Virus record (IMG/VR): IMGVR_UViG_3300032218_004264
Span: 1 to 43,503 of that record
DNA length: 43,503 nucleotides
Reading direction: 5' to 3' (one strand)
Source: a virus
Taxonomy: Duplodnaviria > Caudoviricetes
The notes beneath the pieces are model-generated. The model did no database searches. It was not told the origin of the DNA and saw only the letters and a program-made list of their open reading frames with translations. Position 1 is the stretch's first letter, and each line of letters opens with the position of its first letter. Shown here one piece after another: positions 8,234 to 15,361 of the stretch. The position numbers and the translations under genes are program-made.

Positions 8234-8630
8234 GTCGAGCGGGCAACCACGCCGACTCGCCGAGCAACCACATCACCCGCGCTCCTCGACGAACCAGAAC
8301 TTCAGCCTCACCTCGCCATCTCCTCGATCCGCTCCGCCGCCCGGGTCCCGCCGAGGGCGTCTTCAGACCCGGGGCTTCCGCTCCTCGCCGTGCCCTCGCA
8401 GCCCCGGGTTCCACCTCACCCCTGCGGGGCCGCTCGCCCGCTGGACTCGTCCTTGCCGACGAATCAACCACGCTCGTTGCTGGAGATCGCCATCCAGAGA
8501 AGAAGACCCCAGACGCGTCAAAGCCTCCGGCGAGTACCGGAGGCCCTGATCGGAGATGGTGTGCGGCGAAGCATCTTCGGCTGCTTCGCTCGCTATGTGG
8601 TGGAGTGAGCCGGAGCGACTCTCGCCTGAA

Positions 8631-8879
8631 TCAGACGAGAGCCTCGCGAATCTCGTTCCATTCCTCGTCGGAGACTTCGATCGTCTCGACGAAGTAGTGG
8701 TACGGATCGCTCTCGGCGACGCCCGACTCGGACTCAGCCTCGGCGTACATCTCGTCGGCGCTCTCACGCTCGTCCTTGATGTAGGCCTCAGCCTCCTCCT
8801 TGGTCTCGAAGACCGCCGGAGGCGAGTCCGGTAGGCAGCCCGGCAGGTTCCACCCTGCGGTCCACACTTGCTTGCTCAT
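8631..8879 (-). CDS. acidic hypothetical protein (82 aa)
   Basis: GGAGGTG SD; GWNLPGCLPD...F.T.EEA motif. Confidence 0.75.
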   Translation of the reverse strand: MSKQVWTAGWNLPGCLPDSPPAVFETKEEAEAYIKDERESADEMYAEAESESGVAESDPYHYFVETIEVSDEEWNEIREALV

Positions 8880-8936
8880 ACTCTCACCTCCCTTGGTGAG
8901 CATCCGGGAACGCTGCTGCGTTCCTCCTATGTAGAC

Positions 8937-8965
8937 AGTAAACCATACGGGTCGGACATAGTCAA
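8937..8965 (-). promoter_or_regulatory. TTGACT-A-TGTCCGACCC-GTA-TGG-TTTACT promoter
   Basis: -35 plus exact motif; weaker -10. Confidence 0.8.
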
Positions 8966-9017
8966 TAGCGTAACGAAGGTATTGAGCAAGTCTTGACCTA
9001 GAGGAAACCAAGAGCCT

Positions 9018-9112
9018 AACCTCAAGATAACCTCACAAGATCCGAGTGACCAGACCCTCACATCAACCTCAAGATAACCTCAACACATCCGAGTGACCAG
9101 ACCCTCAACTTC
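9018..9112. repeat. two tandem 47-48-bp direct repeats; third partial copy at 1411-1441
   Basis: AACCTCAAGATAACCTCA....ATCCGAGTGACCAGACCCTCA twice. Confidence 0.85.
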
Positions 9113-9352
9113 TGCGCCCAGATGTGGCGATCTCGACGAACCACTCGAAGACCTCTTCCGCCATCCCCACCCCCCCCGGCCCCGCACGGGCCAGCACAAA
9201 CCCCGAGACTCCTCGCCTCCCCCTCGCTTGTGCCCAGTCCCGGGGAGGCGCACCCCCGGCGGGGCCCCCGGGCGCTGCTGGCCCCAGACGCGCAACGACC
9301 CCCGACGCTTGCTCCAGCCGGAGGGCGTCGGGGGTCGAAGTGGCGGGTGGGA

Positions 9353-9517
9353 TCAGGAGCGGGTCAAACCGTCCGTGGCGAGGGCCGCGAGGGTGTGCGC
9401 CGCCTCGTCGATGGCGTCGTCCCCGGCGATGGCTCCGATGCTGAGGAGGAACGCGCACACGGCGTCGTGCGCCGCGTCGAGGATGCGGATGAAGTCGATG
9501 GTCCGGTCGTCGGGCAT
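9353..9517 (-). CDS. 54-aa hypothetical peptide (not in ORF track)
   Basis: MPDDRTIDFIRILDAAHDAVCAFLLSIG...; AAAGGAAG SD. Confidence 0.6.
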   Translation of the reverse strand: MPDDRTIDFIRILDAAHDAVCAFLLSIGAIAGDDAIDEAAHTLAALATDGLTRS

Positions 9518-9556
9518 CGGGGTCTTCCTTTCGGATGGGGATGAGGAAGGTTGGGA

Positions 9557-9733
9557 TCAGCCGTCGTGGTGACGGCCGCGACACGCTCGCCGGTCCTGTT
9601 CCTTCCGACGATCGACGAACCGGGCGGCGCGCTGACGGCGACCGTCACGGAGTGCCCGGAGGATCTCGTCGTGTCCGCGACGGCGCATTACGAGCGCTGC
9701 CTCGTCCTGTTGGCGGGTAGTGGTGCGCTTCAC
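9557..9733 (-). CDS. Arg-rich 58-aa peptide, copy 2
   Basis: ...HDEILRALRDGRRQRAARFVDRRKEQDRRACRGR; GTG after AAAGGA. Confidence 0.8.
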   Translation of the reverse strand: MKRTTTRQQDEAALVMRRRGHDEILRALRDGRRQRAARFVDRRKEQDRRACRGRHHDG

Positions 9734-9780
9734 GGTCGTTCCTTTCGTCGGAGGCGCTGAGAGGTTGGAGCCGGGCGGGA

Positions 9781-10059
9781 TCACCCGGCCCGGCGCTTGT
9801 TGCCCTTGTGCTCGTCGCGGTAGTCCGTGCGGCCGTGGAAGAACACGGTGGGCACGCTGCGGCGCTTCGTGTCGACGACGACGACGATCTCGCCCTTGAC
9901 GTACCGGTACTGATTCGGGTACCGGTCGTCCTTGCCCGCGTACGTCAAGTCGGGGTTCTCGATGGCGTCGCGAATCGCGGTGAGGGCGAAGCCTCGCTCG
10001 GCGATGCGCTGGCGGGCGTGCCCGCTGATGAACAGGTCGTCGAACCGGAGGTTGAGCAT
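9781..10059 (-). CDS. DUF4258 family (RelE-like fold) protein, copy 2
   Basis: ISGHARQRIAERG...KDDRYPNQYR...VPTVFFHG; paralog of 2225-2536. Confidence 0.8.
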   Translation of the reverse strand: MLNLRFDDLFISGHARQRIAERGFALTAIRDAIENPDLTYAGKDDRYPNQYRYVKGEIVVVVDTKRRSVPTVFFHGRTDYRDEHKGNKRRAG

Positions 10060-10091
10060 CGGGGTTCCTTTCGTTACTAGGTGATGCGCTT

Positions 10092-10168
10092 AGTGTATCG
10101 AGGGGGTCGGACATCCTTGCTGTCCTGTCCTCGTCCTTACCCTCACATCATACCACGGGGGTCGGACA
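10092..10168 (-). promoter_or_regulatory. two stacked motif promoters (10092-10113, 10147-10168)
   Basis: -10 boxes TACACT and TATGAT. Confidence 0.85.
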
Positions 10169-10178
10169 TCCTCAACCA

Positions 10179-10194
10179 TCGAACACCTGTTCGA
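10179..10194. promoter_or_regulatory. actinobacterial LexA SOS box
   Basis: TCGAAC-ACCT-GTTCGA, perfect match to TCGAAC-N4-GTTCGA. Confidence 0.8.
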
Positions 10195-10264
10195 TAACTC
10201 CACTACTGCGATAGGGATTCCGACACTCGGCACATCGTTCTAGTTATTCCTACCAACAAGGTGT

Positions 10265-10307
10265 ACTAAGGATCACCATACTAAGGGAGACCTAACTAAG
10301 GATCACC
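10265..10307. repeat. three 13-bp direct repeats, 15-bp period
   Basis: ACTAAGGATCACC / ACTAAGGGAGACC / ACTAAGGATCACC. Confidence 0.75.
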
Positions 10308-10542
10308 TCACTTACGGCTGCCCTGTCGAGATCCGAGCGTCGCGAAGAGATCGCCGAGGAGAGACCCGCCGCAGCCCGAACGCCCTCGCCGCCGGGGGCC
10401 CCGCAGGTGGGACGCCGGAGGCCGGGGCCTTCAGGGCGGACCGGCGGTATCCCCGCCCCGAGCGGCTCGCTTGCCCCTGCGGGGCTGGCGGTCGCACGGA
10501 TCTCGAGCGAGGAGTTCCTCGAGGAGTTGCGGTTGATCTCGC

Positions 10543-10594
10543 CGAGTTCCTCGAGTTCTTCTTCTGGTCGAGTTCCTCGAGTTCTTCTTCTGGT
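10543..10594. repeat. 26-bp tandem duplication
   Basis: CGAGTTCCTCGAGTTCTTCTTCTGGT twice. Confidence 0.8.
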
Positions 10595-10650
10595 TTCTGG
10601 TCGAGTTCTTCGTCGAGTGGAGTCTGGGGGGAGGGTGATCACCGGGGTGC

Positions 10651-10680
10651 TTGACTGTTGTCCGACCCCTATGCTATAGT
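10651..10680 (+). promoter_or_regulatory. TTGACT-GT-TGTCCGACCC-CTA-TGC-TATAGT promoter
   Basis: 18-bp spacer, but motif-to--10 distance unchanged. Confidence 0.9.
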
Positions 10681-10727
10681 ATCTTTGTTGGCAGGACAGC
10701 CAACCTTGACAACCGAAGGAGACAGCG

Positions 10728-10883
10728 ATGGCTGCGATGAAGCAGTACCGGATCCAACACGGCGAGCACGGATGGATCAACGCCTACCCCTCCAAGGAGA
10801 TGATGGAGCGAGCGCTCCGTCGGCTCAACGACGAGGAAGGATGGCGAACCGGCCGGTACCCGTGGTACCGGATGGAGGGCTGA
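10728..10883 (+). CDS. 51-aa hypothetical peptide (not in ORF track)
   Basis: MAAMKQYRIQHGEHGWINAYPSKEMMERALRRLNDEEGWRTGRYPWYRMEG; AAGGAG SD; hairpin follows. Confidence 0.75.
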   Translation: MAAMKQYRIQHGEHGWINAYPSKEMMERALRRLNDEEGWRTGRYPWYRMEG

Positions 10884-10906
10884 AGTTCCTCCCGCCAACT
10901 AGAAAC

Positions 10907-10937
10907 GCCCTCGAGGACAAGTTCCTCGGGGGCTTTT
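10907..10937 (+). terminator. intrinsic terminator
   Basis: GCCCTCGAGG-loop-CCTCGGGGGC followed by TTTT. Confidence 0.65.
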
Positions 10938-11134
10938 CGCGTCCTCCCGCCGGGGGCCCCGCCGCAGAAACCCCCGCCGCCGTACGCCACAAAAAGCCCC
11001 GGCCCGATCGTAGGCAGCGCCAGCGCAGGTGCCCACGGGCGGGGCTGCGGCGCTGACGCTGCTGGTTCTGAGGATGGACGCGACGAGACCCCCGACTGGG
11101 GGGTCGGGGGTCTCGTCGCTGAAGCCGAGGAGGA

Positions 11135-11377
11135 TCAGGGGGTCAAGTCCATCGTGGCGATGATGCCGTGGCACGTTCCGCACGCGAGGACTGCGGGTTG
11201 CTCCCAGTCGGGGTCGGCCCACTCGTCCCACGGTGCGATGACGCCGACGGGGTTGCCCTCGAAGTCCACGGACTGCTCGGCGATGAAGCCGTGGGGTCCG
11301 CGACCGAAGCGGGTTTCGGCGCACGCCGGGCAGTGCCGGTCGGCCTCGTACTGGTATGCGATCGGTTCGAGTCTCAC
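11135..11377 (-). CDS. Zn-binding hypothetical protein
   Basis: CPAC...CGTC; GTGA overlap with upstream peptide; hairpin 11085-11113 downstream. Confidence 0.75.
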   Translation of the reverse strand: MRLEPIAYQYEADRHCPACAETRFGRGPHGFIAEQSVDFEGNPVGVIAPWDEWADPDWEQPAVLACGTCHGIIATMDLTP

Positions 11378-11553
11378 TGGTCGTCCCTCCAGTTATCGGT
11401 TCGGGGGGCGACGGTGGCGAAGCCCCACTCGTAGTCGGCGAAGTCCACGACTTCGACGTCGAAGCGGTTGTCGGGGATTACGACGGCCTCGCCGTGCCGC
11501 TCCGACTCGTCGAGCGAGTCGGTCGGCGACTGGTCCTTCCATCCGTAAAGCAC
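11374..11553 (-). CDS. acidic 59-aa peptide, copy 2 (not in ORF track)
   Basis: ...DSLDESE...EVVDFADYEWGFATVAPRTDNWRDDQ; AAGGAG SD. Confidence 0.75.
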   Translation of the reverse strand: MLYGWKDQSPTDSLDESERHGEAVVIPDNRFDVEVVDFADYEWGFATVAPRTDNWRDDQ

Positions 11554-11587
11554 CTTGTTGTCTCCTTATCTACTAGGCACTATGGAT

Positions 11588-11662
11588 ACTGTAGCAAGGG
11601 GGTCGGACACGGTTGCGTCATTACCTCCCTACTGATGATGACTTTACTAGGGGGGTCGGACA
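11588..11662 (-). promoter_or_regulatory. two stacked motif promoters (11588-11609, 11641-11662)
   Basis: -10 boxes TACAGT and TAAAGT. Confidence 0.85.
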
Positions 11663-11693
11663 CGAACACGTGTTCGCCCGAACGCTTGTTCGC
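11662..11693. promoter_or_regulatory. two tandem LexA SOS boxes
   Basis: CGAAC-ACGT-GTTCG (11663-11676) and CGAAC-GCTT-GTTCG (11679-11692). Confidence 0.75.
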
Positions 11694-12080
11694 ATACTCC
11701 ACTTATTCCGACTAATGCGATAGAGATTCCGATACTTTCTCTACCAATACGATAGGAATTACGAGTCTCCATAGAATCTGCGAATCGTTATCGAACAACT
11801 ATTCCGCCCAGTCCCCAACTGCTTCAGCCCTTCAGTCGAGCGACCGCAGCAACTCCTCCGCCACTCGCAGCGCCGTCGGGCGGCGGCCCCGCAGGGGCGC
11901 ACCTCCGAACCCGGGGCTCCCCAGAGCCCGCCGCTCGAGCGGGCTCCTTCTTTGTGCGGGGCTCCGAGTCGGTGAGATCTCGTGATGTGAGCGCTCGAGG
12001 AGAAGTTGCTGGGAACGCGAAAGAGCGCCGCATCGCTGCGACGCTCTTTCTGGTTGGGGGGAAGGTTGGCGGTGGGTTGC

Positions 12081-12179
12081 TCAGCGACCGTCGCCGTAGA
12101 GCAACCACATCAGGATCCCGAGGGGGGCAAGCCCTGCGATCAAGATCCCGGCCGCTGCTGCGATCCGGATGACTTCCAT
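12081..12179 (-). CDS. 32-aa membrane peptide (not in ORF track)
   Basis: MEVIRIAAAAGILIAGLAPLGILMWLLYGDGR; AGGAG SD; own promoter. Confidence 0.65.
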   Translation of the reverse strand: MEVIRIAAAAGILIAGLAPLGILMWLLYGDGR

Positions 12180-12217
12180 TACTGCTCCTAACTATCTACT
12201 ATTTACCTTACTCACTT

Positions 12218-12246
12218 ATCATAGCGCAAGGGTCGGGCGCCGTCAA
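12218..12246 (-). promoter_or_regulatory. TTGACG-17-TATGAT promoter with degenerate motif CGCCCGACCC
   Basis: same geometry as the other copies. Confidence 0.75.
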
Positions 12247-12600
12247 GTATTACTTGTGTGACCCTCGTCACTAACTGTCACCTCAGGTGCTGCTCGCCGA
12301 AACGACAACAACCGGCCCGACTCCCCGCACAAAAAACACGGCTCCTCACCCTCCCACAACACCTCACACACATCACACTTCATCGGCAAGTACCTGTACC
12401 CAGCAGTCCCCACCCCACCAGAGTACGCACCCCGCCCCGCTCAAACGAACAATCCCCGGGGCTCGCCGGTTGCCGCCACACCCCTCACACGCACCATGAA
12501 GACATGAACCACATCGCCGACCTGCTCCTCGAGGAACTCCTTCACTCCCTCGTACCCGCCGTCATCGCAGAACTTCTCCGACAACTACGCAAAGACCACC

Positions 12601-14574
12601 TCACCCCAACGCCAGTCGAGCAAACCGCTCCACCAAATCAGCGATAGACCCGCCACTCTCGGACTCACCCGACCCCTCGATGGCGACCTCAACGATGCTC
12701 CGCTTCAGCCCGATGAGATCAAACACTGTCTCGTCGATGGTGTTCTCCGCCAGCAGATACGTCGCCTCCACCGAGCCCCGCTGTCCGATGCGGTGAAGAC
12801 GGGACGTCGTCTGGTCCAAGTCCGCTGGAGTCCACGGCAACTCGAGGAAGCAGATGTTCTGGGCTGCCGTCAACGTGTGCCCAGTCTTCGCTGCCTGAAT
12901 CGAAAGAACGATCGCTGGGGCTGAAGCAACTGATTCGTTCTGGAATCGCGCCTTCGCCTCCTCGATCTCCGAGATCGGCTGGCCTCCCTGAATCTTCAGT
13001 CCCCCGTACTTCGCAGCCAACGCATCCACCACATCCCGGTGATGCGCCGCCAACACCACCTTGCGTTCCGCTTCGAGGTGCGACTTCACCCACTCGTCGA
13101 GTGCCTCCAACTTTGCCGACGCAGCGATCTTCCGCAACACGCCCATCCGCACGATGTGCTGCGCCGCCTCTACCCGGAACCGAGCCACCACCTCCGCCTT
13201 CCGACGGGACGTGCCAAGTTCCTCGGCGATGGCCGCCGCTCGAGCCACCATGTACTCGACGATGTCTTGCTCCGCCTTTTGGTATTCCCGCATCGCCTTC
13301 GTCGAACCAGCGACCACCACCGGGTTGTGCTGCACCGGAGGCAACTCGCTCATCACCTGATCTTTCGTCCGACGGATGTAACACGTCGCACGCAGCCGAT
13401 CGTTGAGTTCATCCAGATGAGACGCGCCCTCGAAGTGCCACTGTCCGAACCGATCTCGGAACGCGTTGCAGTACCTCTTGTAGAACGCCCACCGTCCACC
13501 GAAGTCCTCGAGGCGATCAAGGATCTGGAGTTGGCTGGCGTACTCCGCCGGACGGTTCGTCACGGGGGTCCCGGTGAGGCACAGCACCACCCCCGGGGCT
13601 CGGCGGGCGACCTTCACCGCAGCCTTCGTGCGAGCAGCCGTCGGAGTCTTCGCGTAGTGCGACTCGTCGAAGATGTACGAGGAGTACCCAGCAAGTTCGT
13701 CAGCCCAGTGCGACAAGTTCGCCCATCCAACGACCGTGATGTCGGCGTCGTTAGCGGGAAACTGCTTCCGTCCTTCCACGAGCCGTACGGTCCGATGCGG
13801 CAACCACCTGTTTGCTTCCGCCCGCCAGTTGTGAGTGAGGGTGGCCGGGCAGACCACAACTGCCGGGTAGCCACTTCCGGGTTCTCGTTCCTCGAGACCC
13901 TCCAGCGAGGCAAGCGACATGAGCGTTTTCCCGAGACCCATGTCGTCAGCAAGGAAGCAACGTCGAGCGTGCAGCGCATACGCCACACCAGCCCGTTGGA
14001 ACGGACGCAACTCGGCGACGAGCCCCGTGATGGCGACGTCGGCGTCTTCTGCGCGACTCGCTGCGATGCGGGACTCGGCGGCCTGCTGTGTGTCGGCGGC
14101 GGCTCGAGCGACATCGGGATGGACGTCCACACGGAAGCGGGCCGCCCAGTCGGTGACTTCTCGGATGACGGACAGCGGCGCTCGGAACGTCTTGGTTTCG
14201 GCGTTCCACTCGGTGAGGGGGAGGCGGCGAGCGGACTCGGCCATGAGTTGGTCGTAGGGGAAGGAGATCTCGAGTTCGTTGTCGGCGAGCCGCACTTCGC
14301 CCCCGTGGACGAACGGTTGGGCTTCGTTCGGGAGGGTGAAGGTGAGGACGGCGGGATCTACCCAGAGGTCCCACTTGTCGGCGAACCGACGGGCGGCGTC
14401 GAGTGAAGTCATCGGAATGCGCCAGACTCGAGCGACCTTGTCCCAGCGAGCCCCGGGGATGCGCTTCGTGTCGGCGACTTGGGCAGCATCGTAGGGGGAG
14501 TCAACGACGAGGTGATCGTCGGCGAGGAGGAGTTGTTTCGCTCCGGTCTGTCGGAAGGGAGGCATCGGCGGCAC
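12601..14574 (-). CDS. SNF2-family (SMARCAL1/HARP-like) helicase
   Basis: LADDMGLGKT (motif I), DESH (II), LTGTP (III), QTTSRLHRIGQ (VI); two N-terminal HARP-like repeats. Confidence 0.92.
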   Translation of the reverse strand: MPPMPPFRQTGAKQLLLADDHLVVDSPYDAAQVADTKRIPGARWDKVARVWRIPMTSLDAARRFADKWDLWVDPAVLTFTLPNEAQPFVHGGEVRLADNELEISFPYDQLMAESARRLPLTEWNAETKTFRAPLSVIREVTDWAARFRVDVHPDVARAAADTQQAAESRIAASRAEDADVAITGLVAELRPFQRAGVAYALHARRCFLADDMGLGKTLMSLASLEGLEEREPGSGYPAVVVCPATLTHNWRAEANRWLPHRTVRLVEGRKQFPANDADITVVGWANLSHWADELAGYSSYIFDESHYAKTPTAARTKAAVKVARRAPGVVLCLTGTPVTNRPAEYASQLQILDRLEDFGGRWAFYKRYCNAFRDRFGQWHFEGASHLDELNDRLRATCYIRRTKDQVMSELPPVQHNPVVVAGSTKAMREYQKAEQDIVEYMVARAAAIAEELGTSRRKAEVVARFRVEAAQHIVRMGVLRKIAASAKLEALDEWVKSHLEAERKVVLAAHHRDVVDALAAKYGGLKIQGGQPISEIEEAKARFQNESVASAPAIVLSIQAAKTGHTLTAAQNICFLELPWTPADLDQTTSRLHRIGQRGSVEATYLLAENTIDETVFDLIGLKRSIVEVAIEGSGESESGGSIADLVERFARLALG

Positions 14575-14602
14575 CTGTGATCGGGTGGGTGGACGAGAAT
14601 GC

Positions 14603-14631
14603 TTGACGTTGTCCGACCCATCGTGTAGTAT
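14603..14631 (+). promoter_or_regulatory. TTGACG-T-TGTCCGACCC-ATC-GTG-TAGTAT promoter (last motif copy)
   Basis: exact motif in 17-bp spacer. Confidence 0.85.
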
Positions 14632-14681
14632 TGTTTGTATCAGGGAGAACCTGATGTATTCACTAGCGAAAGCGAGTACCC

Positions 14682-14768
14682 ATGACCATGATCGAGTTCC
14701 TCAGCGGAACGTACATCCTCGGCTTCGCGATCCTCATCGTGTGGCTCGGCCAGAAGGTGGCCCGCTGA
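14682..14768 (+). CDS. 28-aa membrane peptide
   Basis: MTMIEFLSGTYILGFAILIVWLGQKVAR; TGATG coupling to next gene. Confidence 0.55.
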   Translation: MTMIEFLSGTYILGFAILIVWLGQKVAR

Positions 14769-14875
14769 TGGAATCCTTCCTCATCCTCAGCGGCGTCCTC
14801 GCCACATCGTTCGTCATCGCCATCGGCATGGAGTTGCTCCACTGCTGGCTCGACGACCGGAAGGCCCGCCGATGA
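14768..14875 (+). CDS. 35-aa membrane peptide
   Basis: MESFLILSGVLATSFVIAIGMELLHCWLDDRKARR; ATGA coupling to next gene. Confidence 0.6.
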   Translation: MESFLILSGVLATSFVIAIGMELLHCWLDDRKARR

Positions 14876-15102
14876 AACACGGCGAGCATTCCCACTTCAC
14901 CCCCGACGGCACTCGTTCGTACCACGTCGTGTACGTCACCCCACCACGAGCCGACGCCAAGCGCCAGTCCTACTGGAACTGGTTCGTGTTCGACGAGAAC
15001 CGCAACGCCGTGATCCGCCGTGGCTCGGCGGCCTCGAAGGAGATCGCCCTCGAGGAGATGTTCAGCGCGGTCCCTCGAGAGCAGCCACTTCGTCAGCAGT
15101 GA
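14872..15102 (+). CDS. hypothetical protein
   Basis: coupled start; plausible small alpha/beta domain. Confidence 0.65.
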   Translation: MKHGEHSHFTPDGTRSYHVVYVTPPRADAKRQSYWNWFVFDENRNAVIRRGSAASKEIALEEMFSAVPREQPLRQQ

Positions 15103-15346
15103 GGGTGGGGTCCTCGCCCTGTCCCGCCGGGAGCGGGTCCGGGTTCTTCGCCGGTTCGTCGAGGAGACCCAACTTTCGGAACGTCGGTTCCACCTTCTTG
15201 CGGATGTCCTCCGGCAAGTCGTCGAGCGAGTCGGCGGCAGCGAGGGCATCTTCCACTTTGTACCGCTCCTCGGGGGTGATCCCGCCATTCAGCAACACCA
15301 TCACGGCGGCGTAGGAGGCTCGAGAGAACTGGTGGCGATTCATCAT
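15062..15346 (-). CDS. small helical protein, possible immunity partner of upstream ART-like protein
   Basis: starts 15 nt after the 15362 stop, with AGGA SD. Confidence 0.65.
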   Translation of the reverse strand: MMNRHQFSRASYAAVMVLLNGGITPEERYKVEDALAAADSLDDLPEDIRKKVEPTFRKLGLLDEPAKNPDPLPAGQGEDPTLTADEVAALEGPR

Positions 15347-15361
15347 CGTCGTATCCTATCG

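Noticed and set aside
11791-11806. Possible extra SOS box TCGAAC-AACT-ATTCCG
   Set aside because: Right half-site too degenerate.
12258-12647. 129-aa plus-strand ORF converging on the SNF2 gene
   Set aside because: Low-complexity N-terminus, no clear SD and overlap with the helicase end; at most a short ORF from 12504, unsupported.
344-14619. Motif as an L5-type stoperator or integron attC site
   Set aside because: It never occurs inside genes and is locked to the -10 box; there is no attC-like palindrome or integrase in the window. A repressor role is not fully excluded.
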